Assembly (NCBI GenBank): GCA_963666515.2
Contig: OY762897.2
Span: 2,624,001 to 2,688,000 of the forward strand
Direction: 5' to 3'
Length of the DNA stretch: 64,000 nt
From: Candidatus Binatia bacterium
GTDB lineage: Bacteria; Desulfobacterota; Binatia; UBA9968; JAJDTQ01
The notes under the pieces are model-generated. The model worked only from the letters and a program-made list of their open reading frames with translations, searched no databases and had not been told where the DNA came from. A program made the translations under genes and the position numbers. This document shows, piece after piece, positions 32,802-41,756 of this stretch (the first letter of the stretch is position 1; the number at the start of each line of letters is the position of its first letter).

Positions 32802-33641
32802 ATGCAGAAAGCGGAAAGCGCGGGTTCGATTCCCGACGGCGTTAACTCAGATGAGATTCCCATTTCGCAGCCGTTGCAGTTGCTGCTCAGAGATATCGGC
32901 AGCGCCGTATTCGCACTCAATACCGCTGTCGTAGGATTAGACGCCGTAGAAAACGGCTACCAAAAGCCCGTTTCGTTAAATATCTCTTGGACGCCGCATG
33001 ATCGAAAAATTGCCGCCAGAAAATCGCGCAAATTCCTACTCGAAAGTGTATTGGTTCGCGTTTCAACCACGATCTATGAATATGTATCCGTGTTGAGCAA
33101 GCTAACTAGATTCGCGATTGTCCGGGAGAAGTGGCATAAGGACACTACAATTTCCGAACGAATTTCGACGATTGCAGCAGAAGTGCTGGACAAAGATGAC
33201 TACCTGATTCCTGGAGTAGTTTTGCTGGTTCATTGGCGAAACCGCGTTGTACATCCAAATTCAACCGCAAAACTCAAGCCGCATGAAAAACAAATTCTGC
33301 TAAAGAACGAGGACATAATCTCAGACAGATACAAGGGATTGAGGACAAGTGAACTTCTACAACACTTCGGAGATCAGCGGCCAAAGCTCAAAGATATTTC
33401 TTCCCTAATCTCGATGACAATCAATCTAGCGCGCAAAGTGGACAGAAATATGCAACTAAATCTTAACAAAGCTGATCTAGATGCGTGGTTAGAACATTAT
33501 CAACTGATTCCCATGTTGAAAAAAATAGAGATGGAAACGTCTCCGGACAAATACAGAGCGTCAGTTTGTCGACTTCTAAAGTCCCGGGCGCCACGCTTGC
33601 TTGATGCATATCTGCAATATCTGCACCACTACAAACCATAG
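32802..33641 (+). CDS. Hypothetical protein with a HEPN-type RxxxxH motif
   Basis: GAGGAG RBS and ATG at 32802; helical-looking, AT-rich gene with WRNRVVH. Confidence 0.65.
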   Translation: MQKAESAGSIPDGVNSDEIPISQPLQLLLRDIGSAVFALNTAVVGLDAVENGYQKPVSLNISWTPHDRKIAARKSRKFLLESVLVRVSTTIYEYVSVLSKLTRFAIVREKWHKDTTISERISTIAAEVLDKDDYLIPGVVLLVHWRNRVVHPNSTAKLKPHEKQILLKNEDIISDRYKGLRTSELLQHFGDQRPKLKDISSLISMTINLARKVDRNMQLNLNKADLDAWLEHYQLIPMLKKIEMETSPDKYRASVCRLLKSRAPRLLDAYLQYLHHYKP

Positions 33642-33771
33642 CCCCTCGTAGTCGTCTACAGGCCAACCGGCACCACGGGCGGCCACCCGGCATCCCGGCA
33701 CCGGACTCCAGCCTATCTTCTCAAGGGCTCGCCATCAAGCGTAACTAGCCAAGTCTGACCGCGAATATCAC

Positions 33772-34521
33772 CTATAGCCGATTAAGTTCAAGTTTTATGT
33801 AATTGAGGGACTGTCGCACCCAGTTCTCGATGTCTGCGAGACTGGTTGGACCGTGCACGTGTTCGTCGTGTGGTGGCGATTTCCACCATGCCGCTGCGCT
33901 GGCGAAATGGATCCGACTGAGCCTCTGGGCCGTCACCAAGTCACGTACATCGACGTTCGAGAGTTGCGGGTTGAACTCATGAATCTCTGGTTCTGCTTCA
34001 GTTTTGAGGTGGCTGAGCAACTGCGCGGCGCGTTGAGACAAGTCGTCATCCGGTAGACTGTCCAGGGCGTCAAACTGCCAATGCGGATGGCCGGCATCAG
34101 CAGCCTGGAAGCTGTAGTCATCACCACTCCACCTTGCCCAACCGGCCCATTCGGCTCGAAACATCTGCGGTTTGAAGGCATCGTTCCTCAGTCCAAAATG
34201 AATGGAAAGCCCGACTGACCTGAAGGAATATCTACGGATGCCATGGCTCCGCTGTTCTTCATCCCATTCCTCACGGTATCCGAGCCATACCCAGAGGCCT
34301 TGTCCAAGACTCAACACTGGCGCGACAGAGACAGGCCTCCCGCGATTCCGAGGAATAGTTTCACAACCGGACCCGCGCAGACCGCCTATCAATTGCCGAT
34401 GGGCGAATTCGGCTACGACCTGCAACAGGGCCGACCCATCGACCGCAGCTGCGAGAATTTTGCCACTCTGCTTGAAATGCGTATCGAGTTTCGATTCAGA
34501 GGCGATTAGTGGTGCAGGCAC
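33772..34521 (-). CDS. Hypothetical protein (FRAEW...HPHWQFD motif)
   Basis: ORF 33772..34554; the likely start is GTG at 34521, just after the methyltransferase stop. Confidence 0.7.
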   Translation of the reverse strand: MPAPLIASESKLDTHFKQSGKILAAAVDGSALLQVVAEFAHRQLIGGLRGSGCETIPRNRGRPVSVAPVLSLGQGLWVWLGYREEWDEEQRSHGIRRYSFRSVGLSIHFGLRNDAFKPQMFRAEWAGWARWSGDDYSFQAADAGHPHWQFDALDSLPDDDLSQRAAQLLSHLKTEAEPEIHEFNPQLSNVDVRDLVTAQRLSRIHFASAAAWWKSPPHDEHVHGPTSLADIENWVRQSLNYIKLELNRL

Positions 34522-34525
34522 GCCG

Positions 34526-36979
34526 TCAAACCCGATCAAGGAAATCGCCACCATAGAGTTCGGTCGTGTTGCGATCTACCGAATCTCTCCAGCTATCTTC
34601 AGCAAAGCGAGGTTCTCGACCCAATTCGACTAACCTGGAAATCAAACGACCCTTTCGCTCCTCTCTGGCAAGATCGACTAAGTCGGGTATCGGAATGTGT
34701 CCAACGTACCTAGGGCTGAGATTGAATTGGCCACCCGCAACATGTGGTGAGAAGATTTCCAATACCCTGCTAAAGGGACGGGAATTCATGATGGCAGTGT
34801 AGGCGCACACTAGGTCGGCAACTGGAAGCACGGTCTCTTCCTCTTCATCGTATGGTTGCCCGGCCTTTAGAAACCAGACATACCCTTGGACGACTAAAAA
34901 ATCTGGCTTCAAATCAACTGCGAAACCACCTGATCCACCGAAGTATTTCGAAACCAAACGCGATGTAGAATTGAAGGCCCAGGTCGCTCGCCTTTCAGAA
35001 AGCCCCCACCAATCTTTACGGTCGGCACGTATGAGACTCCTTCTAGCGATCAATCCCTCACGTCTGGGGATCAGAAAACTCTGAGCATACGCGGGAACCG
35101 CTGCCAGCAATTCATCTTCCGTCTTGAAACGTGGACCTTCGATGTCGTAGGGAAAAAACACCCAATAGAGCCGCTGAAGCCGTCCATCCTGAATGGAATG
35201 GTTCATGACTGCTGGTTTGAAAAACGACTTTTCTTTCTTTGGAAGTGCCTCGAAGGCGTCCTTGTCGATGACGAAAGCCTTGTTGTCGCCGGTAAGCACG
35301 CCCTGGTGGACCTGGAAGAGATCGGACACACGTGCGGCGCCGGCATCAATGAGCTTGGACAGAGCTGCTTCAGTCTTGGGCGTCGTCAATCGCCATGTTC
35401 GGCGTGACTGCAATTTTGCGGTTGGTACCTCGAACAAGCGCCATGCATTATCCTCGCCACTGTCGAATGCTCCCCGGCGAAATCGGCGCAACGTGCGTAA
35501 CGCGTCACCCGTAGCTTCGGCACTGTTGGTCGTGACCAGGGCCGTGGTGGTGCCGCGACGCGCTACAGAACTGGTTGGCTTTAGCATGACTGCTGCCGCC
35601 ACCTGAACGAGCGCATGCGCAAAGAGCCCATAGTCGCCCAGCGAGGCAAGCAAACGCAAATCTGTCCTCTCCAGTAGATCCGCACGCCAAGCCTCTGCGG
35701 CCTGGAGAGTCAACAGACTGGAGGGCAGCAACACACCCATGGCGCCGCCGGTGGAGAGAATATCAATCGCGTGGCTAACAAAGGCCATGCTAAAATCGCC
35801 TCGTCCTTGGAGACGATTACCCAGCACTTGTCGCATTTGGTGGCGCTGCGCGTCATCAAGGGAAGGCCACGCGATGAAAGGCGGATTCATCAGCACAACA
35901 TCCGCGAGCGGAAGCGGTTCGGCCAGCGAGTCGGCGACCCGAACGTCGATCTTGACACCACGGTCGGGGGACCAATCCGCGGCAGCGTGACGAACGATGA
36001 AATTGGCCATCGAGATCGCGGCTCGCGACGTATCACGACCAACCATTACGATCTCACCAGCGAAATTTAGCCGCCGCAACGCCCGAAGCGCCTCATGAAG
36101 AAATGAGCCAGAGCCGCAAGCCGGATCAAGAACCGTAAGCCGCTCCCTACTGTCCAAGCCTTCAACTTGCAACAGCGTTTGCTCGGCGACACAGCGGGCC
36201 AGCGCCGCGGGCGTAAAGTGGGCGCCCCCACGTGTAACCGGTTTGACCTCTGCGGGTCCGGCATAGCTAAAGAGATCGAGGCTTGGAGCACGGACGAGCT
36301 CAAAATGAGCTTCCTGGAAGATTTCGCTGCCCGCGTGGCGCACGGCGAGGGATGGGTACAGGCGGAAAGGCCGTAGCGAAGTGGGTTCGCGAAGCTCCCT
36401 GACAAGGGAATTGACGCCATTCTTAGGTAACTCACGAAGAAGCTCGGCACCATCGTCAGCGTTCAGGAGTGCGATGCGGTCTCTACCGCTCGCTTCATGT
36501 CGGTCCTGCTCGATGATCTGCGTGAGAAAGGCAAGGAAGGCATCTGTGCTTTGTTCATCGGGAAGACCTGCGTCAGCCACTAAAGACCGCATACGACGGA
36601 ACAAGTTGAGCACATAATCAACCACTCTCTGGCTGGATTTCACACGATCGGTGGCGAGGTAGCTGTAGAACGATTCGATCTGGGCTTCGACGCTGGGTCT
36701 GGAAAGCACTTCAGTTCGGGAGCTATCCCAACGCGTAACAGCGACGACTTTGTCCGTCACCGTTACATGATGGGGCAAATCGCTTGACCAAGCCCAGCAG
36801 GCGGTTTTCTTGTCGAGCCAAAGCTCTTCGGCGGTTTCAGACATCGCAAAACTGCCGTAACCGCCGTCGAGCAGTACAGCATGAGAGCCTGCGGCATCCA
36901 CTTCTTCGGTCTCAAACAACGGCGTCAATGCTAAGCCAAACTGACCGGCCCAGCGTTGTGGCAGTCCATCCATAATCAC
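34526..36979 (-). CDS. N6-adenine DNA methyltransferase (gamma class, Eco57I/TaqI-like) with N-terminal extension and C-terminal TRD
   Basis: GAHFTP, motif I VLDPACGSGSFL, motif IV NPPF, TRD-like QGVLTGDNKAFVI. Confidence 0.88.
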   Translation of the reverse strand: MIMDGLPQRWAGQFGLALTPLFETEEVDAAGSHAVLLDGGYGSFAMSETAEELWLDKKTACWAWSSDLPHHVTVTDKVVAVTRWDSSRTEVLSRPSVEAQIESFYSYLATDRVKSSQRVVDYVLNLFRRMRSLVADAGLPDEQSTDAFLAFLTQIIEQDRHEASGRDRIALLNADDGAELLRELPKNGVNSLVRELREPTSLRPFRLYPSLAVRHAGSEIFQEAHFELVRAPSLDLFSYAGPAEVKPVTRGGAHFTPAALARCVAEQTLLQVEGLDSRERLTVLDPACGSGSFLHEALRALRRLNFAGEIVMVGRDTSRAAISMANFIVRHAAADWSPDRGVKIDVRVADSLAEPLPLADVVLMNPPFIAWPSLDDAQRHQMRQVLGNRLQGRGDFSMAFVSHAIDILSTGGAMGVLLPSSLLTLQAAEAWRADLLERTDLRLLASLGDYGLFAHALVQVAAAVMLKPTSSVARRGTTTALVTTNSAEATGDALRTLRRFRRGAFDSGEDNAWRLFEVPTAKLQSRRTWRLTTPKTEAALSKLIDAGAARVSDLFQVHQGVLTGDNKAFVIDKDAFEALPKKEKSFFKPAVMNHSIQDGRLQRLYWVFFPYDIEGPRFKTEDELLAAVPAYAQSFLIPRREGLIARRSLIRADRKDWWGLSERRATWAFNSTSRLVSKYFGGSGGFAVDLKPDFLVVQGYVWFLKAGQPYDEEEETVLPVADLVCAYTAIMNSRPFSRVLEIFSPHVAGGQFNLSPRYVGHIPIPDLVDLAREERKGRLISRLVELGREPRFAEDSWRDSVDRNTTELYGGDFLDRV

Positions 36980-37443
36980 CGCGACACCGCCATGACTGGG
37001 AAGAGGGATAACTGATCTGGACGTGCTAAAGACAACTTGGAAGCAAGGACTATGAGATGGGACTCCAGCGGCAGGATCAAGCCAGTCTGGCCAATCTTGG
37101 AGACATCATCGACGAGTAGGGCGGTTTGGCGGTTCGGAAAGAACACTGAGGAGCGCCAAAGCCGCGGAAATGCGGCGCTATCCAACTTCTCTCTGAGATT
37201 CTCTGCAGCCGGAGCCCAAGCTCCCACCTCGGCTGCGAATTCATTATGTAAGACGAGAAGGAGTCGCAGGACAAGCAGGGTCTGCCAAGTGTAGAGCGCA
37301 TGTCGGCCCGGGCCGTCTGGGCGGATATCTGGCGAGATTAACTCACGGCGCCCACGTCCCGTCCATTCGCGAAGTTGGCTGCGCGTTAGGCCGGTCGCCT
37401 CCAGCGCGTCGGCAGATTGAAAGAGTCTCATGGCGACTATCAT
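36976..37443 (-). CDS. MerR-like HTH DNA-binding protein
   Basis: ADALEATGLTRSQLREW...GRHALYTWQTLLVLRLL; GTGA overlap with the methyltransferase; the start may be 37431. Confidence 0.7.
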   Translation of the reverse strand: MIVAMRLFQSADALEATGLTRSQLREWTGRGRRELISPDIRPDGPGRHALYTWQTLLVLRLLLVLHNEFAAEVGAWAPAAENLREKLDSAAFPRLWRSSVFFPNRQTALLVDDVSKIGQTGLILPLESHLIVLASKLSLARPDQLSLFPVMAVSR

Positions 37444-37462
37444 ATTTTAGGAGTATCACACC

Positions 37463-37491
37463 TCCATAGTGGGTACAATACCCACTATGGA
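37463..37491. promoter_or_regulatory. Perfect 13-bp inverted repeat, probable operator
   Basis: tccatagtgggta-caa-tacccactatgga, about 20 bp upstream of the MerR-like ORF. Confidence 0.7.
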
Positions 37492-37539
37492 CCTTGTATC
37501 GCCGTCTTCCTGCACGACAAACGGAGACCACCTCATCCA

Positions 37540-37872
37540 GCGCCGGCCTCCGGGGGCCAGTTGGAAGCGGCGGTTGATGGCGTCAAGAGGGCGGTAGAGC
37601 CAGTCGCCGAGATACATGGCCGCATACCGCCGATAGCCCCGCTCGGTGCTGGCTGCGCGACCGTGGCACGGACTCGATGTAGTCCATGCAGGCTTCGCCC
37701 AGTCGCGGCAGGGCGCGTGCGTCGGCGCGTTCCCCCGCAGGGTCGTCGCCTGCGGCGACGCGTCCGAGCAACTCCTGGGCTAGACGCCTTGCTTGGTCCG
37801 GGACGACCCGATCCAGGGCTCGTCTTCGACCTGAGAGCGTCTAATGTGCGCTTGGTCAGCGCGAGCTTTACC
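37540..37872 (-). pseudogene. Decayed arm-type (DUF4102-like) tyrosine integrase
   Basis: Fragments KLALTKRTLDAL / EDEPWI / PDQARRLAQELLGRVAAGDDPAGERADARALPRLGEA / PLDAINRR with frameshifts and deletions; no catalytic domain. Confidence 0.65.
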
Positions 37873-37935
37873 TTTGAAACCCGCCCCTACATGGACATGA
37901 GACGCCCTGCCCACTGGCCACGGCCTCGCCGCAGC

Positions 37936-38931
37936 CTACTTCATCCGGTGCAGCACGTTCTCCGCCAGGGCCTGCAAGTATTCCTTCCGTCCCGACAGGT
38001 CCTTGGGCATGTTGAGCAGGGTCATGCCCACGTACTCCACGCCGTCCTCGGCGAGGCGGCTCAGGTCCTCCAGGCAGTCGTCGCCGTTGCCGGTGACGGC
38101 CCAGGCGCTGACTTCGGAGTCGGAGGCGATGTTGATCTTGACCATGGTGTCTTCCTGCATGTTCCAACTGCTGTACATCTTGTAGGAAGACGCCGCGGAC
38201 TCGCGCGCCTGGGCGATGGCGGTCTCGCGGTCGGGGGCATAGGCCACGCCCCGGGAAATGGTGATGTGGCCGGCGTCCTGGCCCGTGACGCTGCGCTCGT
38301 CGCGGTAGATGGAGATGAGACGGGCGACGTCGTCGAAGCCCACCTGGGGTGCCAGGTAGGCGGCGTCGGCGATGCGGGCGGATCGGCGCACCGCGCCTTC
38401 GCTCTGGCAGGCGATCCAGATGGGGGGATGGGGCTTCTGAATGGGCGTGAATCCCATCTTGGCGCCGTGCACGGTCCAGTACTTGCCCTCGTGGTCGATC
38501 TCCTCGCCGGTCCAGAGCTTCTTCATCACCTCGATGGACTCGGTCATGCGCGAGGCCCGCTGCTTGCGGTTGGAGCCGATGGCCTCGAGCTCGGTGTCGC
38601 GGTAGCCGAGGCCCACGCCGAGCACGAAGCGGCCCTTAGCGATGTGGTCCAGGGTGGCCACGTCTTCCGCCACCTGGAGCGGGTTGTGGAGCGGCAGCAG
38701 CACGATGCCGGTCTGGAGCCGCATCTCGCCCACCTCCGGGGCCAAGCGCGCCAGCATGGGGAAGGGCTGCGGCCAGATGGTGGGGTGCGACACCCAGTGC
38801 TGGGGCATGGTGATGGCGGCGAAGCCGCAGTCGCGGGCGACGTGGCAGATTTCCACGGCGTCGTCGATCTGTTCGTGCAGCGGGCGCGCGGGGTTGGTGA
38901 AGAAAGAACGGAAATAGATGCCAAGTTCCAC
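37936..38931 (-). CDS. LLM-class flavin-dependent oxidoreductase
   Basis: AGGAGG RBS and GTG; LLPLHNPLQVAEDVATLDHIAKGRFVLGVGLGYR, PIQKPHPPIWI. Confidence 0.92.
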   Translation of the reverse strand: MELGIYFRSFFTNPARPLHEQIDDAVEICHVARDCGFAAITMPQHWVSHPTIWPQPFPMLARLAPEVGEMRLQTGIVLLPLHNPLQVAEDVATLDHIAKGRFVLGVGLGYRDTELEAIGSNRKQRASRMTESIEVMKKLWTGEEIDHEGKYWTVHGAKMGFTPIQKPHPPIWIACQSEGAVRRSARIADAAYLAPQVGFDDVARLISIYRDERSVTGQDAGHITISRGVAYAPDRETAIAQARESAASSYKMYSSWNMQEDTMVKINIASDSEVSAWAVTGNGDDCLEDLSRLAEDGVEYVGMTLLNMPKDLSGRKEYLQALAENVLHRMK

Positions 38932-39005
38932 TGGAGTCCTCCTGAAGGGTGAACCTACTTCATGGCAAGTGGGGCCTGTCCTTGTCAAACTGCGCCCCGC
39001 CCCAC

Positions 39006-39034
39006 CTGGATTCCGGCTTTCGCCGGAATGACGG
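39006..39034. repeat. REP-like element (CGTCATTCC...GGAATCCAG family), single copy
   Basis: ctggattccggctttcgccggaatgacgg. Confidence 0.75.
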
Positions 39035-39115
39035 GAGGGAGGCCGGGAATGACAGAGGGGCGGGGCGGGATCGGCAAGTTGACAGAAACCGGCACGTCCA
39101 CTAACACGTAGCGGC

Positions 39116-40522
39116 ATGGCTTCATCATCCACTGGAGGGGGTCCCGAGGTTGACGTGCTCATCGCGGGCGGGGGGAACGCGGCGATGTGCGCGGCCATCA
39201 TGGCCCGTCACGGGGGCGCCAGCGTGCTGGTGCTGGAGGCGGCGCCCAAGGCGTTTCGGGGCGGCAACAGCCGGCATACGCGCAACCTTCGCTACATGCA
39301 CGAGGGCGAGGACGGGTTCCTCACGGGCACGTATCCGGAGGACGAGTTCTACGAGGATCTGCTGCGGGTGACCGGCGGCGACACCAACGAGGAGCTGGCG
39401 CGCTTCTGCATCCGCGAGTCCCAGGACGCGGGCGAATGGATGTCGGCCCACGGGATCAAATGGCAGCCGTCGCTGCGCGGCACGCTGCAACTTTCGCGCA
39501 CCAACGCCTTCTTCCTGGGCGGCGGCAAGGCGCTGGTGAACGCCTACTACGACACCGCGGAGAAGATGGGCATCCAGGCGGAGTACGAGACCGAGGTGCG
39601 GGACCTGAACATCGAGGACGGCGTGTTCCGCTCCGCGGTGGTGGAGCACAAGGGCCAGACGCGCGAGGTGGCGGCCAAGGCCTTCATCGGCGCCTCCGGC
39701 GGCTTCGAGGCCAACGTGCCGTGGCTCAAGGAATACTGGGGGGACGCCGCGGACAACTTCATCATCCGCGGCACGCCCTACAACAAGGGCCGGGTGCTGC
39801 GGCAGTTGTTCGACGCGGGCGCCAAGCCGGCGGGGCGGGCCAAGGGCTTCCACGCTATCGCGCTGGACGGGCGCGCGCCCAAGTTCGACGGCGGCATCGT
39901 GACCCGGCTCGACTGCGTCCCCTTCGGCGTCGTGCTCAACAAGAACGCCGAGCGCTTCTACGACGAGGGCGAGGACTTCTGGCCCAAGCGCTACGCCATA
40001 TGGGGCACGCTGATCGCCGGCCAGCCGGAGCAGGAGGCCTATTGCTTCGTGGACGCCAAGTCCATCGACCTGTTCCTGCCTTCGGTGTTCCCGCCCTTCC
40101 AGGCGGACTCGGTGCGGCAACTCGCCGCGGCCCTGGACTTGAACCCGGCCAAGGCGGAGGAGACGGTCAACGCGTTCAACGCCTCGGTCAAGCCCGGCGC
40201 CTTCGACCCCACGATCCTGGACGACTGCTCCACCGAGGACATGGACCCGCCCAAGAGCCACTGGGCGCGGCCCATCGACACACCGCCGTTCTACGGCTAT
40301 CCGCTCAGGCCGGGGATCACGTTCACCTACATGGGCGTGGCCGTGAACAAGCAGTGTCAGGTGCTGTTCGGCGAGGACCGGCCGTCGCCCAACATCTTCG
40401 CGGCCGGCGAGATGATGTCCGGCAACATCCTCGGCAAGGGTTATCTGGCGGGATTCGGCATGACCATCGGCACGGTGTTCGGCCGCATCGCAGGAAGGGA
40501 GGCCGCGCGTGCCATCGCCTGA
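39116..40522 (+). CDS. tcuA: FAD-dependent tricarballylate dehydrogenase TcuA
   Basis: GGGNAAMCAA, RGGNSRHTRNLRYMH, FYDEGEDFWPKRYAIWG, GNILGKGYLAG. Confidence 0.9.
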   Translation: MASSSTGGGPEVDVLIAGGGNAAMCAAIMARHGGASVLVLEAAPKAFRGGNSRHTRNLRYMHEGEDGFLTGTYPEDEFYEDLLRVTGGDTNEELARFCIRESQDAGEWMSAHGIKWQPSLRGTLQLSRTNAFFLGGGKALVNAYYDTAEKMGIQAEYETEVRDLNIEDGVFRSAVVEHKGQTREVAAKAFIGASGGFEANVPWLKEYWGDAADNFIIRGTPYNKGRVLRQLFDAGAKPAGRAKGFHAIALDGRAPKFDGGIVTRLDCVPFGVVLNKNAERFYDEGEDFWPKRYAIWGTLIAGQPEQEAYCFVDAKSIDLFLPSVFPPFQADSVRQLAAALDLNPAKAEETVNAFNASVKPGAFDPTILDDCSTEDMDPPKSHWARPIDTPPFYGYPLRPGITFTYMGVAVNKQCQVLFGEDRPSPNIFAAGEMMSGNILGKGYLAGFGMTIGTVFGRIAGREAARAIA

Positions 40523-41627
40523 GCATCTCAAGGAAGCCGACCGGGTCATGACCATCTGCAACGCCTGCCGCTACTGCGCGGGCTTCTGCGCGGTGTTCCC
40601 GGCCATGGAGCGGCGCCGCACCTTCGACACCAAGGACCTGGTCTACATGTCCAACCTGTGCTTCGAGTGCCGCGCCTGCTACTACGCCTGCCAGTACGCG
40701 CCGCCCCACGAGTTCGCGGTGAACGTGCCCCAGGCGCTTTCCCGGCTCCGCGCCGACACCTACGAGGACTACGCCTGGCCCCGCGTGCTGAAGGGCTTCT
40801 ACAAGAACAACGCCTTCCTGGTGGGGCTCGTCACCACGGTGTGCATCGTCCTGGCCTTCGTGCTGACCCTGGCGTTCAAGGGGAGCGACACGCTCTTCTC
40901 CGCCCACCAGGGCGAGGGCGCGTTCTTTGCCGTGGTTCCCTACGGTGCCATGGTGTTCCCGGCCATGGTGATGTTCTTCTACGCCATCTTCGCGCTGCTG
41001 GCAGGTTTCGTGAGCTTCTGGCGCCGCACCCGCGGCAGCATCTCGGACCTGATCGACGTGCCCGCGTTCGCCCGCGCCGTGAAGGAAGCCTTCGGCCTGC
41101 AGTACATGAAGGGCGGGGGCGACGGCTGCAACTACCCCGACGAGAAGTTCTCCAAGAGCCGCATGTGGCACCACCACCTGGTGTTCTACGGTTTCGCCCT
41201 GGACTTCTGCGCCACCAGCATCGCGGCCTTCTACCACAACGTCCTCCACTGGCATTCGCCCTACCCCTACCTGAGCCTTCCGGTGGTGTTCGGGACGGTG
41301 GGCGGCGTCATGATGTGCATCGGCACGGTGGGGCTTCTCTACCTCAAGTCCAAGAGCGACCTGGACCCGGCCGAGGAGAAGATGCTCACCCTGGACAAGA
41401 CCTTCCTCTGGATGCTCTTCTGGACGAGCTTCACCGGGCTGCTGCTGCTGGTGTTCCGGGAGACCGCGATGATGGGGACGCTGCTGGTGATCCACCTGGG
41501 AGTGGTGGCCGGTCTGTTCCTGACCATCCCCTACAGCAAGTTCGCCCACGCCGTGTACCGCTACGCCGCGCTGGTCCAGAACGCCATCGAGGTGCGGGAG
41601 GACGAGAGCAAGATCGTCCTGGGGTGA
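40509..41627 (+). CDS. tcuB: Tricarballylate utilisation 4Fe-4S membrane protein TcuB
   Basis: ICNACRYCAGFCAVFPAM, LCFECRACYYACQYAPPHEF, PYSKFAH. Confidence 0.9.
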   Translation: MPSPEHLKEADRVMTICNACRYCAGFCAVFPAMERRRTFDTKDLVYMSNLCFECRACYYACQYAPPHEFAVNVPQALSRLRADTYEDYAWPRVLKGFYKNNAFLVGLVTTVCIVLAFVLTLAFKGSDTLFSAHQGEGAFFAVVPYGAMVFPAMVMFFYAIFALLAGFVSFWRRTRGSISDLIDVPAFARAVKEAFGLQYMKGGGDGCNYPDEKFSKSRMWHHHLVFYGFALDFCATSIAAFYHNVLHWHSPYPYLSLPVVFGTVGGVMMCIGTVGLLYLKSKSDLDPAEEKMLTLDKTFLWMLFWTSFTGLLLLVFRETAMMGTLLVIHLGVVAGLFLTIPYSKFAHAVYRYAALVQNAIEVREDESKIVLG

Positions 41628-41659
41628 AGCGGTCGGGGAAGTTGCGAGCGGTGCCGCCC

Positions 41660-41745
41660 CGGATCCGTCATTCCGGCGAAAGCCGGAATCCAGAAACATG
41701 ATGGATGGACTCTGGATTCCGGCTTTCGCCGGAATGACGGATCCG
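41660..41745. repeat. Inverted REP doublet, likely a bidirectional terminator or RNA hairpin
   Basis: Perfect 35-bp arms cggatccgtcattccggcgaaagccggaatccaga with a 16-bp spacer, between convergent genes. Confidence 0.85.
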
Positions 41746-41756
41746 AAACGCTATCA

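Larger units (their letters stand above)
31190..37883. mobile_element. Degenerate integrative island inserted in a REP-like palindrome
   Basis: 11-bp direct repeat tttgaaacccg at 31190-31200 and 37873-37883; removing the insert restores gggcgggttt-g-aaacccgccc-ctac; lower-GC cargo; integrase remnant at the right end. Confidence 0.7.
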
